Shown here piece after piece: positions 11,701-26,700 of a stretch of DNA of 64,000 nucleotides. The DNA comes from Tubulanus polymorphus (taxonomy: Eukaryota; Animalia; Nemertea): NCBI RefSeq assembly GCF_964204645.1, contig NC_134031.1, forward strand, positions 21,484,017 through 21,548,016, in the 5' to 3' direction. Under the pieces are notes generated by a model. The model saw only the letters and a list, made by a program, of their open reading frames with translations. It was not told where the DNA came from and searched no databases. How positions within the stretch are numbered: the first letter of the stretch is position 1; every line of letters starts with the position of its first letter. A program made the translations under genes and the position numbers.

Positions 11701-14700
11701 TCGAGCAGATGGACTGAAAGATACAGATTTTTCTTGCAAAATAGGGTCCTAAAGATGATGAGTTCTATCTTAATTGATGGGTTAGGGTGTACTGAACTGA
11801 TTTCAAATAGATAGGTTGAAAGAATCAGAATTTTCTGGCTGCTTTTGGTTCTGAAGATGATGGATTCAATCTGAAAAGATGTGTTAAGGCGTATTGAACT
11901 GATTTCAAATAGATAGGTGGAAAGATAAAGAATTTTCTGGTTATTTATGCTCCTGAAGATGATGGACTCGATCTGAAATGATAGGTTAAGGTAAACTGAA
12001 CTGATTTCGAGTAGATGGACTGAAAGATACAGATTTTTCTTGCAAAATAGGGTCCTAAAGATGATGAATTCTATCTTAATTGATGGGTTAGGTTGTACTG
12101 AACTGATTTCAAATAGATAGGTTGAAAGAATCAGAATTTTCTGGCTGCTTTTGGTTCTGAAGATGATGGATTCAATCTGAAAAGATGTGTTAAGGCGTAT
12201 TGAACTGATTTCAAATAGATAGGTGGAAAGATTAAGAATTTTCTGGCTATTTATGCTCCTGAAGATGATGGACTCGATCTGAAATGATAGGTTAAGGTAG
12301 ACTGAACTGATTTCGAGTAGATGGACTGAAAGATACAGATTTTTCTTGCAAAATAGGGTCCTAAAGATGATGAGTTCTATCTTAATTGATGGGTTAGGGT
12401 GAACTGAACTGATTTCAAATAGATAGGTGGAAAGAATCAGAATTTTCTGGCTGCCTTTGGTTCTGAAGATGATGGACTCAATCTGAAAAGATGGGCTAAG
12501 GCGTATTGAACTGATTTCAAATAGATAGGTGGAAAGATTAAGAATTTTCTGGCTATTTATGCTCCTGAAGATGATGGACTCGATCTGAAATGATAGGTTA
12601 AGGTAAACTGAACTGATTTCGAGTAGATGGACTGAAAGATACAGATTTTTCTTGCAAAATAGGGTCCTAAAGATGATGAATTCTATCTTAATTGATGGGT
12701 TAGGGTGTACTGAACTGATTTCAAATGGATAAGTGGAAAGATTAAGAATTTTCTGGCTATTTATGCTCCTGAAGATGATGGACTCGATCTGAAATGATAG
12801 GTAAAGATAAACTGAACTGATTTCGAGTAGATGGACTGAAAGATACAGATTTTTCTTGCAAAATATGGTCCTAAAGATGATGAGTTCTATCTTAATTGAT
12901 GGGTTAGGGTGTACTGAACTGATTTCAAATAGATAGGTTGAGAGAATCAGAATTTTCTGGCTGCTTTTGGTTCTGAAGATGATGGATTCAATCTGAAAAG
13001 ATGTGTTAAGGCGTATTGAACTGATTTCAAATAGATAGGTGGAAAGATTAAGAATTTTCTGGCTATTTATGCTCCTGAAGATGATGGACTCGATCTGAAA
13101 TGATAGGTTAAGGTAAACTGAACTGATTTCGAGCAGATGGACTGAAAGATACAGATTTTTCTTGCAAAATAGGGTCCTAAAGATGATGAGTTCTATCTTA
13201 ATTGATGGGTTAGGGTGTACTGAACTGATTTCAAATAGATAGGTTGAAAGAATCAGAATTTTCTGGCTGCTTTTGGTTCTGAAGATGATGGATTCAATCT
13301 GAAAAGATGTGTTAAGGCGTATTGAACTGATTTCAAATAGATAGGTGGAAAGATTAAGAATTTTCTGGCTATTTATGCTCCTGAAGATGATGGACTCGAT
13401 CTGAAATGATAGGTTAAGGTAAACTGAACTGATTTCGAGTAGATGGACTGAAAGATACAGATTTTTCTTGCAAAAAAGGGTCCTAAAGATGATGAATTCT
13501 ATCTTAATTGATGGGTTAGGGTGAACTGAACTGATTTCAAATAGATGGGTGGAAAGAATCAGAATTTTCTGGCTGCCTTTGGTTCTGAAGATGATGGACT
13601 CAATCTGAAAAGATGGGCTAAGGCGTATTGAACTGATTTCAAATAGATAGGTGGAAAGATTAAGAATTTTCTGGCTATTTATGCTCCTGAAGATGATGGA
13701 CTCGATCTGAAATGATAGGTTAAGGTAAACTGAACTGATTCCGAGCAGATGGACTGAAAGATACAGATTTTTCTTGCAAAATAGGGTCCTAAAGATGATG
13801 AGTTCTATCTTAATTGATGGGTTAGGGTGTACTGAACTGATTTCAAATAGATAGGTGGAAAGATTAAGAATTTTCTGGTTATTTATGCTCCTGAAGATGA
13901 TGGACTCGATCTGAAAGGATAGGTTAAGGTAAACTGAACTGATTTCGAGTAGATGGACTGAAAGATACAGATTTTTCTTGCAAAATAGGGTCCTAAAGAT
14001 GATGAATTCTATCTTAATTGATGGGTTAGGTTGTACTGAACTGATTTCAAATAGATAGGTGGAAAGATTAAGAATTTTCTGGTTATTTATGCTCCTGAAG
14101 ATGATGGACTCGATCTGAAATGATAGGTTAAGGTAAACTGAACTGATTTCGAGTAGATGGACTGAAAGATACAGATTTTTCTTGCAAAATAGGGTCCTAA
14201 AGATGATGAATTCTATCTTAATTGATGGGTTAGGGTGTACTGAACTGATTTCAAATAGATAGGTTGAAAGAATCAGAATTTTCTGGCTGCTTTTGGTTCT
14301 GAAGATGATGGATTCAATCTGAAAAGATGTGTTAAGGCGTATTGAACTGATTTCAAATAGATAGGTGGAAAGATTAAGAATTTTCTGGCTATTTATGCTC
14401 CTGAAGATGATGGACTCGATCTGAAATGATAGGTTAAGGTAGACTGAACTGATTTCGAGTAGATGGACTGAAAGATACAGATTTTTCTTGCAAAATAGGG
14501 TCCTAAAGATGATGAGTTCTATCTTAATTGATGGGTTAGGGTGAACTGAACTGATTTCAAATAGATAGGTGGAAAGAATCAGAATTTTCTGGCTGCCTTT
14601 GGTTCTGAAGATGATGGACTCAATCTGAAAAGATGGGCTAAGGCGTATTGAACTGATTTCAAATAGATAGGTGGAAAGATTAAGAATTTTCTGGCTATTT

Positions 14701-17700
14701 ATGCTCCTGAAGATGATGGACTCGATCTGAAATGATAGGTTAAGGTAAACTGAACTGATTTCGAGTAGATGGACTGAAAGATACAGATTTTTCTTGCAAA
14801 ATAGGGTCCTAAAGATGATGAATTCTATCTTAATTGATGGGTTAGGGTGTACTGAACTGATTTCAAATGGATAGGTGGAAAGATTAAGAATTTTCTGGCT
14901 ATTTATGCTCCTGAAGATGATGGACTCGATCTGAAATGATAGGTTAAGATAAACTGAACTGATTTCGAGTAGATGGACTGAAAGATACAGATTTTTCTTG
15001 CAAAATATGGTCCTAAAGATGATGAGTTCTATCTTAATTGATGGGTTAGGGTGTACTGAACTGATTTCAAATAGATAGGTTGAGAGAATCAGAATTTTCT
15101 GGCTGCTTTTGGTTCTGAAGATGATGGATTCAATCTGAAAAGATGTGTTAAGGCGTATTGAACTGATTTCAAATAGATAGGTGGAAAGATTAAGAATTTT
15201 CTGGCTATTTATGCTCCTGAAGATGATGGACTCGATCTGAAATGATAGGTTAAGGTAAACTGAACTGATTTCGAGCAGATGGACTGAAAGATACAGATTT
15301 TTCTTGCAAAATAGGGTCCTAAAGATGATGAGTTCTATCTTAATTGATGGGTTAGGGTGTACTGAACTGATTTCAAATAGATAGGTTGAAAGAATCAGAA
15401 TTTTCTGGCTGCTTTTGGTTCTGAAGATGATGGATTCAATCTGAAAAGATGTGTTAAGGCGTATTGAACTGATTTAAAATAGATAGGTGGAAAGATTAAG
15501 AATTTTCTGGCTATTTATGCTCCTGAAGATGATGGACTCGATCTGAAATGATAGGTTAAGGTAAACTGAACTGATTTCGAGCAGATGGACTGAAAGATAC
15601 AGATTTTTCTTGCAAAATAGGGTCCTAAAGATGATGAGTTCTATCTTAATTGATGGGTTAGGGTGTACTGAACTGATTTCAAATAGATAGGTTGAAAGAA
15701 TCAGAATTTTCTGGCTGCTTTTGGTTCTGAAGATGATGGATTCAATCTGAAAAGATGTGTTAAGGCGTATTGAACTGATTTCAAATAGATAGGTGGAAAG
15801 ATTAAGAATTTTCTGGCTATTTATGCTCCTGAAGATGATGGACTCGATCTGAAATGATAGGTTAAGGTAAACTGAACTGATTCCGAGCAGATGGACTGAA
15901 AGATACAGATTTTTCTTGCAAAATAGGGTCCTAAAGATGATGAGTTCTATCTTAATTGATGGGTTAGGGTGTACTGAACTGATTTCAAATAGATAGGTGG
16001 AAAGATTAAGAATTTTCTGGTTATTTATGCTCCTGAAGATGATGGACTCGATCTGAAATGATAGGTTAAGGTAAACTGAACTGATTTCGAGTAGATGGAC
16101 TGAAAGATACAGATTTTTCTTGCAAAATAGGGTCCTAAAGATGATGAGTTCAATCTTAATTGATGGGTTAGGTTGTACTGAACTGATTTCAAATAGATAG
16201 GTGGAAAGATTAAGAATTTTCTGGTTATTTATGCTCCTGAAGATGATGGACTCGATCTGAAATGATAGGTTAAGGTAAACTGAACTGATTTCGAGTAGAT
16301 GGATTGAAAGATACAGATTTTTCTTGCAAAATAGGGTCCTAAAGATGATGAATTCTATCTTAATTGATGGGTTAGGGTGTACTGAACTGATTTCAAATAG
16401 ATAGGTTGAAAGAATCAGAATTTTCTGGCTGCTTTTGGTTCTGAAGATGATGGATTCAATCTGAAAAGATGTGTTAAGGCGTATTGAACTGATTTCAAAT
16501 AGATAGGTGGAAAGATTAAGAATTTTCTGGCTATTTATGCTCCTGAAGATGATGGACTCGATCTGAAATGATAGGTTAAGGTAGACTGAACTGATTTCGA
16601 GTAGATGGACTGAAAGATACAGATTTTTCTTGCAAAATAGGGTCCTAAAGATGATGAGTTCTATCTTAATTGATGGGTTGGGGTGAACTGAACTGATTTC
16701 AAATAGATAGGTGGAAAGAATCAGAATTTTCTGGCTGCCTTTGGTTCTGAAGATGATGGACTCAATCTGAAAAGATGGGCTAAGGCGTATTGAACTGATT
16801 TCAAATAGATAGGTGGAAAGATTAAGAATTTTTTTGGCTATTTATGCTCCTGAAGATGATGGACTCGATCTGAGATGATAGGTTAAGGTAAACTGAACTG
16901 ATTTCGAGTAGATGGACTGAAAGATACAGATTTTTCTTGCAAAATAGGGTCGTAAAGATGATGAATTCTATCTTAATTGATGGGTTAGGGTGTACTGAAC
17001 TGATTTCAAATGGATAGGTGGAAAGATTAAGAATTTTCTGGCTATTTATGCTCCTGAAGATGATGGACTCGATCTGAAATGATAGGTTAAGATAAACTGA
17101 ACTGATTTCGAGTAGATGGACTGAAAGATACAGATTTTTCTTGCAAAATATGGTCCTAAAGATGATGAGTTCTATCTTAATTGATGGGTTAGGTTGTACT
17201 GAACTGATTTCAAATAGATAGGTTGAGAGAATCAGAATTTTCTGGCTGCTTTTGGTTCTGAAGATGATGGATTCAATCTGAAAAGATGTGTTAAGGCGTA
17301 TTGAACTGATTTCAAATAGATAGGTGGAAAGATTAAGAATTTTCTGGCTATTTATGCTCCTGAAGATGATGGACTCGATCTGAAATGATAGGTTAAGGTA
17401 AACTGAACTGATTTCGAGCAGATGGACTGAAAGATACAGATTTTTCTTCCAAAATAGGGTCCTAAAGATGATGAGTTCTATCTTAATTGATGGGTTAGGG
17501 TGTACTGAACTGATTTCAAATAGATAGGTTGAAAGAATCAGAATTTTCTGGCTGCTTTTGGTTCTGAAGATGATGGATTCAATCTGAAAAGATGTGTTAA
17601 GGCGTATTGAACTGATTTCAAATAGATAGGTGGAAAGATTAAGAATTTTCTGGCTATTTATGCTCCTGAAGATGATGGACTCGATCTGAAATGATAGGTT

Positions 17701-20700
17701 AAGGTAAACTGAACTGATTTCGAGCAGATGGACTGAAAGATACAGATTTTTCTTGCAAAATAGGGTCCTAAAGATGATGAGTTCTATCTTAATTGATGGG
17801 TTAGGGTGTACTGAACTGATTTCAAATAGATAGGTTGAAAGAATCAGAATTTTCTGGCTGCTTTTGGTTCTGAAGATGATGGATTCAATCTGAAAAGATG
17901 TGTTAAGGCGTATTGAACTGATTTCAAATAGATAGGTGGAAAGATTAAGAATTTTCTGGCTATTTATGCTCCTGAAGATGATGGACTCGATCTGAAATGA
18001 TAGGTTAAGGTAGACTGAACTGATTTCGAGTAGATGGACTGAAAGATACAGATTTTTCTTGCAAAATAGGGTCCTAAAGATGATGAGTTCTATCTTAATT
18101 GATGGGTTAGGGTGTACTGAACTGATTTCAAATAGATAGGTTGAAAGAATCAGAATTTTCTGGCTGCTTTTGGTTCTGAAGATGATGGCTTCAATCTGAA
18201 AAGATGGGTTAAGGCGTATTGAACTGATGTCAAATAGATAGGTGGAAAGATTAAGAATTTTGTGGCTATTTATGCTCCTGAAGATGATGGACTCGATCTG
18301 AAATGATAGGTTAAGGTAGACTGAACTGATATCGAGTAGATGGACTGAAAGATACAGATTTTTCTTGCAAAATAGGGTCCTAAAGATGATGAATTCTATC
18401 TTAATTGATGGGTTAGGGTGAACTGAACTGATTTCAAATAGATGGGTGGAAAGAATCAGAATTTTCTGGCTGCCTTTGGTTCTGAAGATGATGGACTCAA
18501 TCTGAAAAGATGGGCTGAGGCGTATTGAACTGATTTCAAATAGATAGGTGGAAAGATTAAGAATTTTCTGGCTATTTATGCTCCTGAAGATGATGGACTC
18601 GATCTGAAATGATAGGTTAAGGTAAACTGAACTGATTTCGAGTAGATGGACTGAAAGATACAGATTTTTCTTGCAAAATAGGGTCCTAAAGATGATGAAT
18701 TCTATTTTAATTGATGGGTTAGGTTGTACTGAACTGATTTCAAATAGATAGGTTGAAAGAATCAGAATTTTCTGGCTGCTTTTGGTTCTGAAGATGATGG
18801 ATTCAATCTGAAAAGATGTGTTAAGGCGTATTGAACTGATTTAAAATAGATAGGTGGAAAGATTAAGAATTTTGTGGCTATTTATGCTCCTGAAGATGAT
18901 GGACTCGATCTGAAATGATAGGTTAAGGTAGACTGAACTGATTTCGAGTAGATGGACTGAAAGATACAGATTTTTCTTGCAAAATAGGGTCCTAAAGATG
19001 ATGAATTCTATCTTAATTGATGGGTTAGGTTGTACTGAACTGATTTCAAATAGATAGGTTAAAAGAATCAGAATTTTCTGGCTGCTTTTGGTTCTGAAGA
19101 TGATGGATTCAATCTGAAAAGATGTGTTAAGGCGTATTGAACTGATTTAAAATAGATAGGTGGAAAGATTAAGAATTTTCTGGCTATTTATGCTCCTGAA
19201 GATGATGGACTCGATCTGAAATGATAGGTTAAGGTAGACTGAACTGATTTCGAGTAGATGGACTGAAAGATACAGATTTTTCTTGCAAAATAGGGTCCTA
19301 AAGATGATGAATTCTATCTTAATTGATGGGTTAGGGTGAACTGAATTGATTTCAAATAGATAGGTGGAAAGAATCAGAATTTTCTGGCTGCCTTTGGTTC
19401 TGAAGATGATGGACTCAATCTGAAAAGATGGGCTAAGGCGTATTGAACTGATTTCAAATAGATAGGTGGAAAGATTAAGAATTTTCTGGCTATTTATGCT
19501 CCTGAAGATGATGGACTCGATCTGAAATGATAGGTTAAGGTAAACTGAACTGATTTCGAGTAGATGGACTGAAAGATACAGATTTTTCTTGCAAAATAGG
19601 GTCCTAAAGATGATGAATTCTATCTTAATTGATGGGTTAGGGTGTACTGAACTGATTTCAAATAGATAGGTTGAAAGATTAAGAATTTTCTGGCTGCTTT
19701 TGGTTCTGAAGATGATGGATTCAATCTGAAAAGATGTGTTAAGGCGTATTGAACTGATTTCAAATAGATAGGTGGAAAGATTAAGAATTTTCTGGCTATT
19801 TATGCTCCTGAAGATGATGGACTCGATCTGAAATGATAGGTTAAGGTAAACTGAACTGATTTCGAGCAGATGGACTGAAAGATACAGATTTTTCTTGCAA
19901 AATAGGGTCCTAAAGATGATGAGTTCTATCTTAATTGATGGGTTGGGGTGAACTGAACTGATTTCAAATAGATAGGTGGAAAGAATCAGAATTTTCTGGC
20001 TGCCTTTGGTTCTGAAGATGATGGACTCAATCTGAAAAGATGGGCTAAGGCGTATTGAACTGATTTCAAATAGATAGGTGGAAAGATTAAGAATTTTTTT
20101 GGCTATTTATGCTCCTGAAGATGATGGACTCGATCTGAAATGATAGGTTAAGGTAAACTGAACTGATTTCGAGTAGATGGACTGAAAGATACAGATTTTT
20201 CTTGCAAAATAGGGTCCTAAAGATGATGAGTTCAATCTTAATTGATGGGTTAGGTTGTACTGAACTGATTTCAAATAGATAGGTGGAAAGATTAAGAATT
20301 TTCTGGTTATTTATGCTCCTGAAGATGATGGACTCGATCTGAAATGATAGGTTAAGGTAAACTGAACTGATTTCGAGTAGATGGACTGAAAGATACAGAT
20401 TGTTCTTGCAAAATAGGGTCCTAAAGATGATGAATTCTATTTTAATTGATGGGTTAGGTTGTACTGAACTGATTTCAAATAGATAGGTTGAAAGAATCAG
20501 AATTTTCTGGCTGCTTTTGGTTCTGAAGATGATGGATTCAATCTGAAAAGATGTGTTAAGGCGTATTGAACTGATTTAAAATAGATAGGTGGAAAGATTA
20601 AGAATTTTCTGGCTATTTATGCTCCTGAAGATGATGGACTCGATCTGAAATGATAGGTTAAGGTAGACTGAACTGATTTCGAGTAGATGGACTGAAAGAT

Positions 20701-23700
20701 ACAGATTTTTCTTGCAAAATAGGGTCCTAAAGATGATGAATTCTATCTTAATTGATGGGTTAGGTTGTACTGAACTGATTTCAAATAGATAGGTTAAAAG
20801 AATCAGAATTTTCTGGCTGCTTTTGGTTCTGAAGATGATGGATTCAATCTGAAAAGATGTGTTAAGGCGTATTGAACTGATTTAAAATAGATAGGTGGAA
20901 AGATTAAGAATTTTCTGGCTATTTATGCTCCTGAAGATGATGGACTCGATCTGAAATGATAGGTTAAGGTAAACTGAACTGATTTCGAGCAGATGGACTG
21001 AAAGATACAGATTTTTCTTGCAAAATAGGGTCCTAAAGATGATGAGTTCTATCTTAATTGATGGGTTAGGGTGTACTGAACTGATTTCAAATAGATAGGT
21101 TGAAAGAATCAGAATTTTCTGGCTGCTTTTGGTTCTGAAGATGATGGATTCAATCTGAAAAGATGTGTTAAGGCGTATTGAACTGATTTCAAATAGATAG
21201 GTGGAAAGATTAAGAATTTTCTGGCTATTTATGCTCCTGAAGATGATGGACTCGATCTGAAATGATAGGTTAAGGTAGACTGAACTGATTTCGAGTAGAT
21301 GGACTGAAAGATACAGATTTTTCTTGCAAAATAGGGTCCTAAAGATGATGAGTTCTATCTTAATTGATGGGTTAGGGTGTACTGAACTGATTTCAAATAG
21401 ATAGGTTGAAAGAATCAGAATTTTCTGGCTGCTTTTGGTTCTGAAGATGATGGCTTCAATCTGAAAAGATGGGTTAAGGCGTATTGAACTGATGTCAAAT
21501 AGATAGGTGGAAAGATTAAGAATTTTGTGGCTATTTATGCTCCTGAAGATGATGGACTCGATCTGAAATGATAGGTTAAGGTAGACTGAACTGATATCGA
21601 GTAGATGGACTGAAAGATACAGATTTTTCTTGCAAAATAGGGTCCTAAAGATGATGAATTCTATCTTAATTGATGGGTTAGGGTGAACTGAACTGATTTC
21701 AAATAGATGGGTGGAAAGAATCAGAATTTTCTGGCTGCCTTTGGTTCTGAAGATGATGGACTCAATCTGAAAAGATGGGCTGAGGCGTATTGAACTGATT
21801 TCAAATAGATAGGTGGAAAGATTAAGAATTTTCTGGCTATTTATGCTCCTGAAGATGATGGACTCGATCTGAAATGATAGGTTAAGGTAAACTGAACTGA
21901 TTTCGAGTAGATGGACTGAAAGATACAGATTTTTCTTGCAAAATAGGGTCCTAAAGATGATGAATTCTATTTTAATTGATGGGTTAGGTTGTACTGAACT
22001 GATTTCAAATAGATAGGTTGAAAGAATCAGAATTTTCTGGCTGCTTTTGGTTCTGAAGATGATGGATTCAATCTGAAAAGATGTGTTAAGGCGTATTGAA
22101 CTGATTTAAAATAGATAGGTGGAAAGATTAAGAATTTTGTGGCTATTTATGCTCCTGAAGATGATGGACTCGATCTGAAATGATAGGTTAAGGTAGACTG
22201 AACTGATTTCGAGTAGATGGACTGAAAGATACAGATTTTTCTTGCAAAATAGGGTCCTAAAGATGATGAATTCTATCTTAATTGATGGGTTAGGTTGTAC
22301 TGAACTGATTTCAAATAGATAGGTTAAAAGAATCAGAATTTTCTGGCTGCTTTTGGTTCTGAAGATGATGGATTCAATCTGAAAAGATGTGTTAAGGCGT
22401 ATTGAACTGATTTAAAATAGATAGGTGGAAAGATTAAGAATTTTCTGGCTATTTATGCTCCTGAAGATGATGGACTCGATCTGAAATGATAGGTTAAGGT
22501 AGACTGAACTGATTTCGAGTAGATGGACTGAAAGATACAGATTTTTCTTGCAAAATAGGGTCCTAAAGATGATGAATTCTATCTTAATTGATGGGTTAGG
22601 GTGTACTGAACTGATTTCAAATAGATAGGTTGAAAGATTAAGAATTTTCTGGCTGCTTTTGGTTCTGAAGATGATGGATTCAATCTGAAAAGATGTGTTA
22701 AGGTGTATTGAACTGATTTCAAATAGATAGGTGGAAAGATTAAGAATTTTCTGGCTATTTATGCTCCTGAAGATGATGGACTCGATCTGAAATGATAGGT
22801 TAAGGTAAACTGAACTGATTTCGAGCAGATGGACTGAAAGATACAGATTTTTCTTGCAAAATAGGGTCCTAAAGATGATGAGTTCTATCTTAATTGATGG
22901 GTTAGGGTGTACTGAACTGATTTCAAATAGATAGGTTGAAAGAATCAGAATTTTCTGGCTGCTTTTGGTTCTGAAGATGATGGATTCAATCTGAAAAGAT
23001 GTGTTAAGGCGTATTGAACTGATTTCAAATAGATAGGTGGAAAGATTAAGAATTTTCTGGCTATTTATGCTCCTGAAGATGATGGACTCGATCTGAAATG
23101 ATAGGTTAAGGTAAACTGAACTGATTCCGAGCAGATGGACTGAAAGATACAGATTTTTCTTGCAAAATAGGGTCCTAAAGATGATGAGTTCTATCTTAAT
23201 TGATGGGTTAGGGTGTACTGAACTGATTTCAAATAGATAGGTGGAAAGATTAAGAATTTTCTGGTTATTTATGCTCCTGAAGATGATGGACTCGATCTGA
23301 AATGATAGGTTAAGGTAAACTGAACTGATTTCGAGTAGATGGACTGAAAGATACAGATTTTTCTTGCAAAATAGGGTCCTAAAGATGATGAGTTCAATCT
23401 TAATTGATGGGTTAGGTTGTACTGAACTGATTTCAAATAGATAGGTGGAAAGATTAAGAATTTTCTGGTTATTTATGCTCCTGAAGATGATGGACTCGAT
23501 CTGAAATGATAGGTTAAGGTAAACTGAACTGATTTCGAGTAGATGGACTGAAAGATACAGATTGTTCTTGCAAAATAGGGTCCTAAAGATGATGAATTCT
23601 ATTTTAATTGATGGGTTAGGTTGTACTGAACTGATTTCAAATAGATAGGTTGAAAGAATCAGAATTTTCTGGCTGCTTTTGGTTCTGAAGATGATGGATT

Positions 23701-26700
23701 CAATCTGAAAAGATGTGTTAAGGCGTATTGAACTGATTTAAAATAGATAGGTGGAAAGATTAAGAATTTTCTGGCTATTTATGCTCCTGAAGATGATGGA
23801 CTCGATCTGAAATGATAGGTTAAGGTAGACTGAACTGATTTCGAGTAGATGGACTGAAAGATACAGATTTTTCTTGCAAAATAGGGTCCTAAAGATGATG
23901 AATTCTATCTTAATTGATGGGTTAGGTTGTACTGAACTGATTTCAAATAGATAGGTTAAAAGAATCAGAATTTTCTGGCTGCTTTTGGTTCTGAAGATGA
24001 TGGATTCAATCTGAAAAGATGTGTTAAGGCGTATTGAACTGATTTAAAATAGATAGGTGGAAAGATTAAGAATTTTCTGGCTATTTATGCTCCTGAAGAT
24101 GATGGACTCGATCTGAAATGATAGGTTAAGGTAGACTGAACTGATTTCGAGTAGATGGACTGAAAGATACAGATTTTTCTTGCAAAATAGGGTCCTAAAG
24201 ATGATGAATTCTATCGTAATTGATGGGTTAGGGTGAACTGAATTGATTTCAAATAGATAGGTGGAAAGAATCAGAATTTTCTGGCTGCCTTTGGTTCTGA
24301 AGATGATGGACTCAATCTGAAAAGATGGGCTAAGGCGTATTGAACTGATTTCAAATAGATAGGTGGAAAGATTAAGAATTTTCTGGCTATTTATGCTCCT
24401 GAAGATGATGGACTCGATCTGAAATGATAGGTTAAGGTAAACTGAACTGATTTCGAGTAGATGGACTGAAAGATACAGATTTTTCTTGCAAAATAGGGTC
24501 CTAAAGATGATGAATTCTATCTTAATTGATGGGTTAGGGTGTACTGAACTGATTTCAAATAGATAGGTTGAAAGATTAAGAATTTTCTGGCTGCTTTTGG
24601 TTCTGAAGATGATGGATTCAATCTGAAAAGATGTGTTAAGGTGTATTGAACTGATTTCAAATAGATAGGTGGAAAGATTAAGAATTTTCTGGCTATTTAT
24701 GCTCCTGAAGATGATGGACTCGATCTGAAATGATAGGTTAAGGTAAACTGAACTGATTTCGAGCAGATGGACTGAAAGATACAGATTTTTCTTGCAAAAT
24801 AGGGTCCTAAAGATGATGAGTTCTATCTTAATTGATGGGTTAGGGTGTACTGAACTGATTTCAAATAGATAGGTTGAAAGAATCAGAATTTTCTGGCTGC
24901 TTTTGGTTCTGAAGATGATGGATTCAATCTGAAAAGATGTGTTAAGGCGTATTGAACTGATTTCAAATAGATAGGTGGAAAGATTAAGAATTTTCTGGCT
25001 ATTTATGCTCCTGAAGATGATGGACTCGATCTGAAATGATAGGTTAAGGTAAACTGAACTGATTCCGAGCAGATGGACTGAAAGATACAGATTTTTCTTG
25101 CAAAATAGGGTCCTAAAGATGATGAGTTCTATCTTAATTGATGGGTTAGGGTGTACTGAACTGATTTCAAATAGATAGGTGGAAAGATTAAGAATTTTCT
25201 GGTTATTTATGCTCCTGAAGATGATGGACTCGATCTGAAATGATAGGTTAAGGTAAACTGAACTGATTTCGAGTAGATGGACTGAAAGATACAGATTTTT
25301 CTTGCAAAATAGGGTCCTAAAGATGATGAGTTCAATCTTAATTGATGGGTTAGGTTGTACTGAACTGATTTCAAATAGATAGGTGGAAAGATTAAGAATT
25401 TTCTGGTTATTTATGCTCCTGAAGATGATGGACTCGATCTGAAATGATAGGTTAAGGTAAACTGAACTGATTTCGAGTAGATGGACTGAAAGATACAGAT
25501 TGTTCTTGCAAAATAGGGTCCTAAAGATGATGAATTCTATCTTAATTGATGGGTTAGGGTGTACTGAACTGATTTCAAATAGATAGGTTGAAAGAATCAG
25601 AATTTTCTGGCTGCTTTTGGTTCTGAAGATGATGGATTCAATCTGAAAAGATGTGTTAAGGCGTATTGAACTGATTTAAAATAGATAGGTGGAAAGATTA
25701 AGAATTTTCTGGCTATTTATGCTCCTGAAGATGATGGACTCGATCTGAAATGATAGGTTAAGGTAGACTGAACTGATTTCGAGTAGATGGACTGAAAGAT
25801 ACAGATTTTTCTTGCAAAATAGGGTCCTAAAGATGATGAATTCTATCTTAATTGATGGGTTAGGGTGAACTGAACTGATTTCAAATAGATAGGTGGAAAG
25901 ATTAAAAATTTTCTGGCTGCCTTTGGTTCTGAAGATGATGGACTCAATCTGAAAAGATGGGCTAAGGCGTATTGAACTGATTTCAAATAGATAGGTGGAA
26001 AGATTAAGAATTTTCTGGCTATTTATGCTCCTGAAGATGATGGACTCGATCTGAAATGATAGGTTAAGGTAAACTGAACTGATTTCGAGTAGATGGACTG
26101 AAAGATACAGATTTTTCTTGCAAAATAGGGTCCTAAAGATGAGGAATTCTATCTTAATTGATGGGTTAGGGTGTACTGAACTGATTTCAAATAGATAGGT
26201 TGAAAGATTAAGAACTTTCTGGCAACTTTTGGTTCTGAAGATGATGGATTCAATCTGAAAAGATGGGTTAAGGCGTATTGAACTGATTTCAAATGGATAG
26301 GTGGAAAGATTAAGAATTTTCTGGCTATTTATGCTCCTGAAGATGATGGACTCGATCTGAAATGATAGGTTAAGGTAAACTGAACTGATTTCGAGTAGAT
26401 GGACAGAAAGATACAGATTTTTCTTGCAAAATAGGGTCCTAAAGATGATGAATTCTATCTTAATTGATGGGTTAGGGTGAACTGAATTGATTTCAAATAG
26501 ATAGGTGGAAAGAATCAGAATTTTCTGGCTGCCTTTGGTTCTGAAGATGATGGACTCAATCTGAAAAGATGGGCTAAGGCGTATTGAACTGATTTCAAAT
26601 AGATAGGTGGAAAGATTAAGAATTTTCTGGCTATTTATGCTCCTGAAGATGATGGACTCGATCTGAAATGATAGGTTAAGGTAAACTGAACTGATTTCGA

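Larger units (their letters stand above)
102..25839. repeat. Mega-duplication copy 1 (visible part; carries the MITE)
   Basis: Rare variants recur colinearly in copy 2. Offset 27528: 716/28244, 3411/30939, 3870/31398. Offset 26725: 5940/32665, 7107/33832, 7874/34599, 8088/34813, 11468/38193. Offset 30906: 16304/47210, 17449/48355. Offset 31824: 19945/51769. Offset 32130: 22704/54834, 25502/57632. Confidence 0.9.

Noticed and set aside
22701-22710. Scarcity of CpG decay (one ggcgta>ggtgta lineage) as evidence of an unmethylated array
   Set aside because: With only three CpGs per trimer and very recent homogenisation, there is too little information; direct methylation calls are needed.
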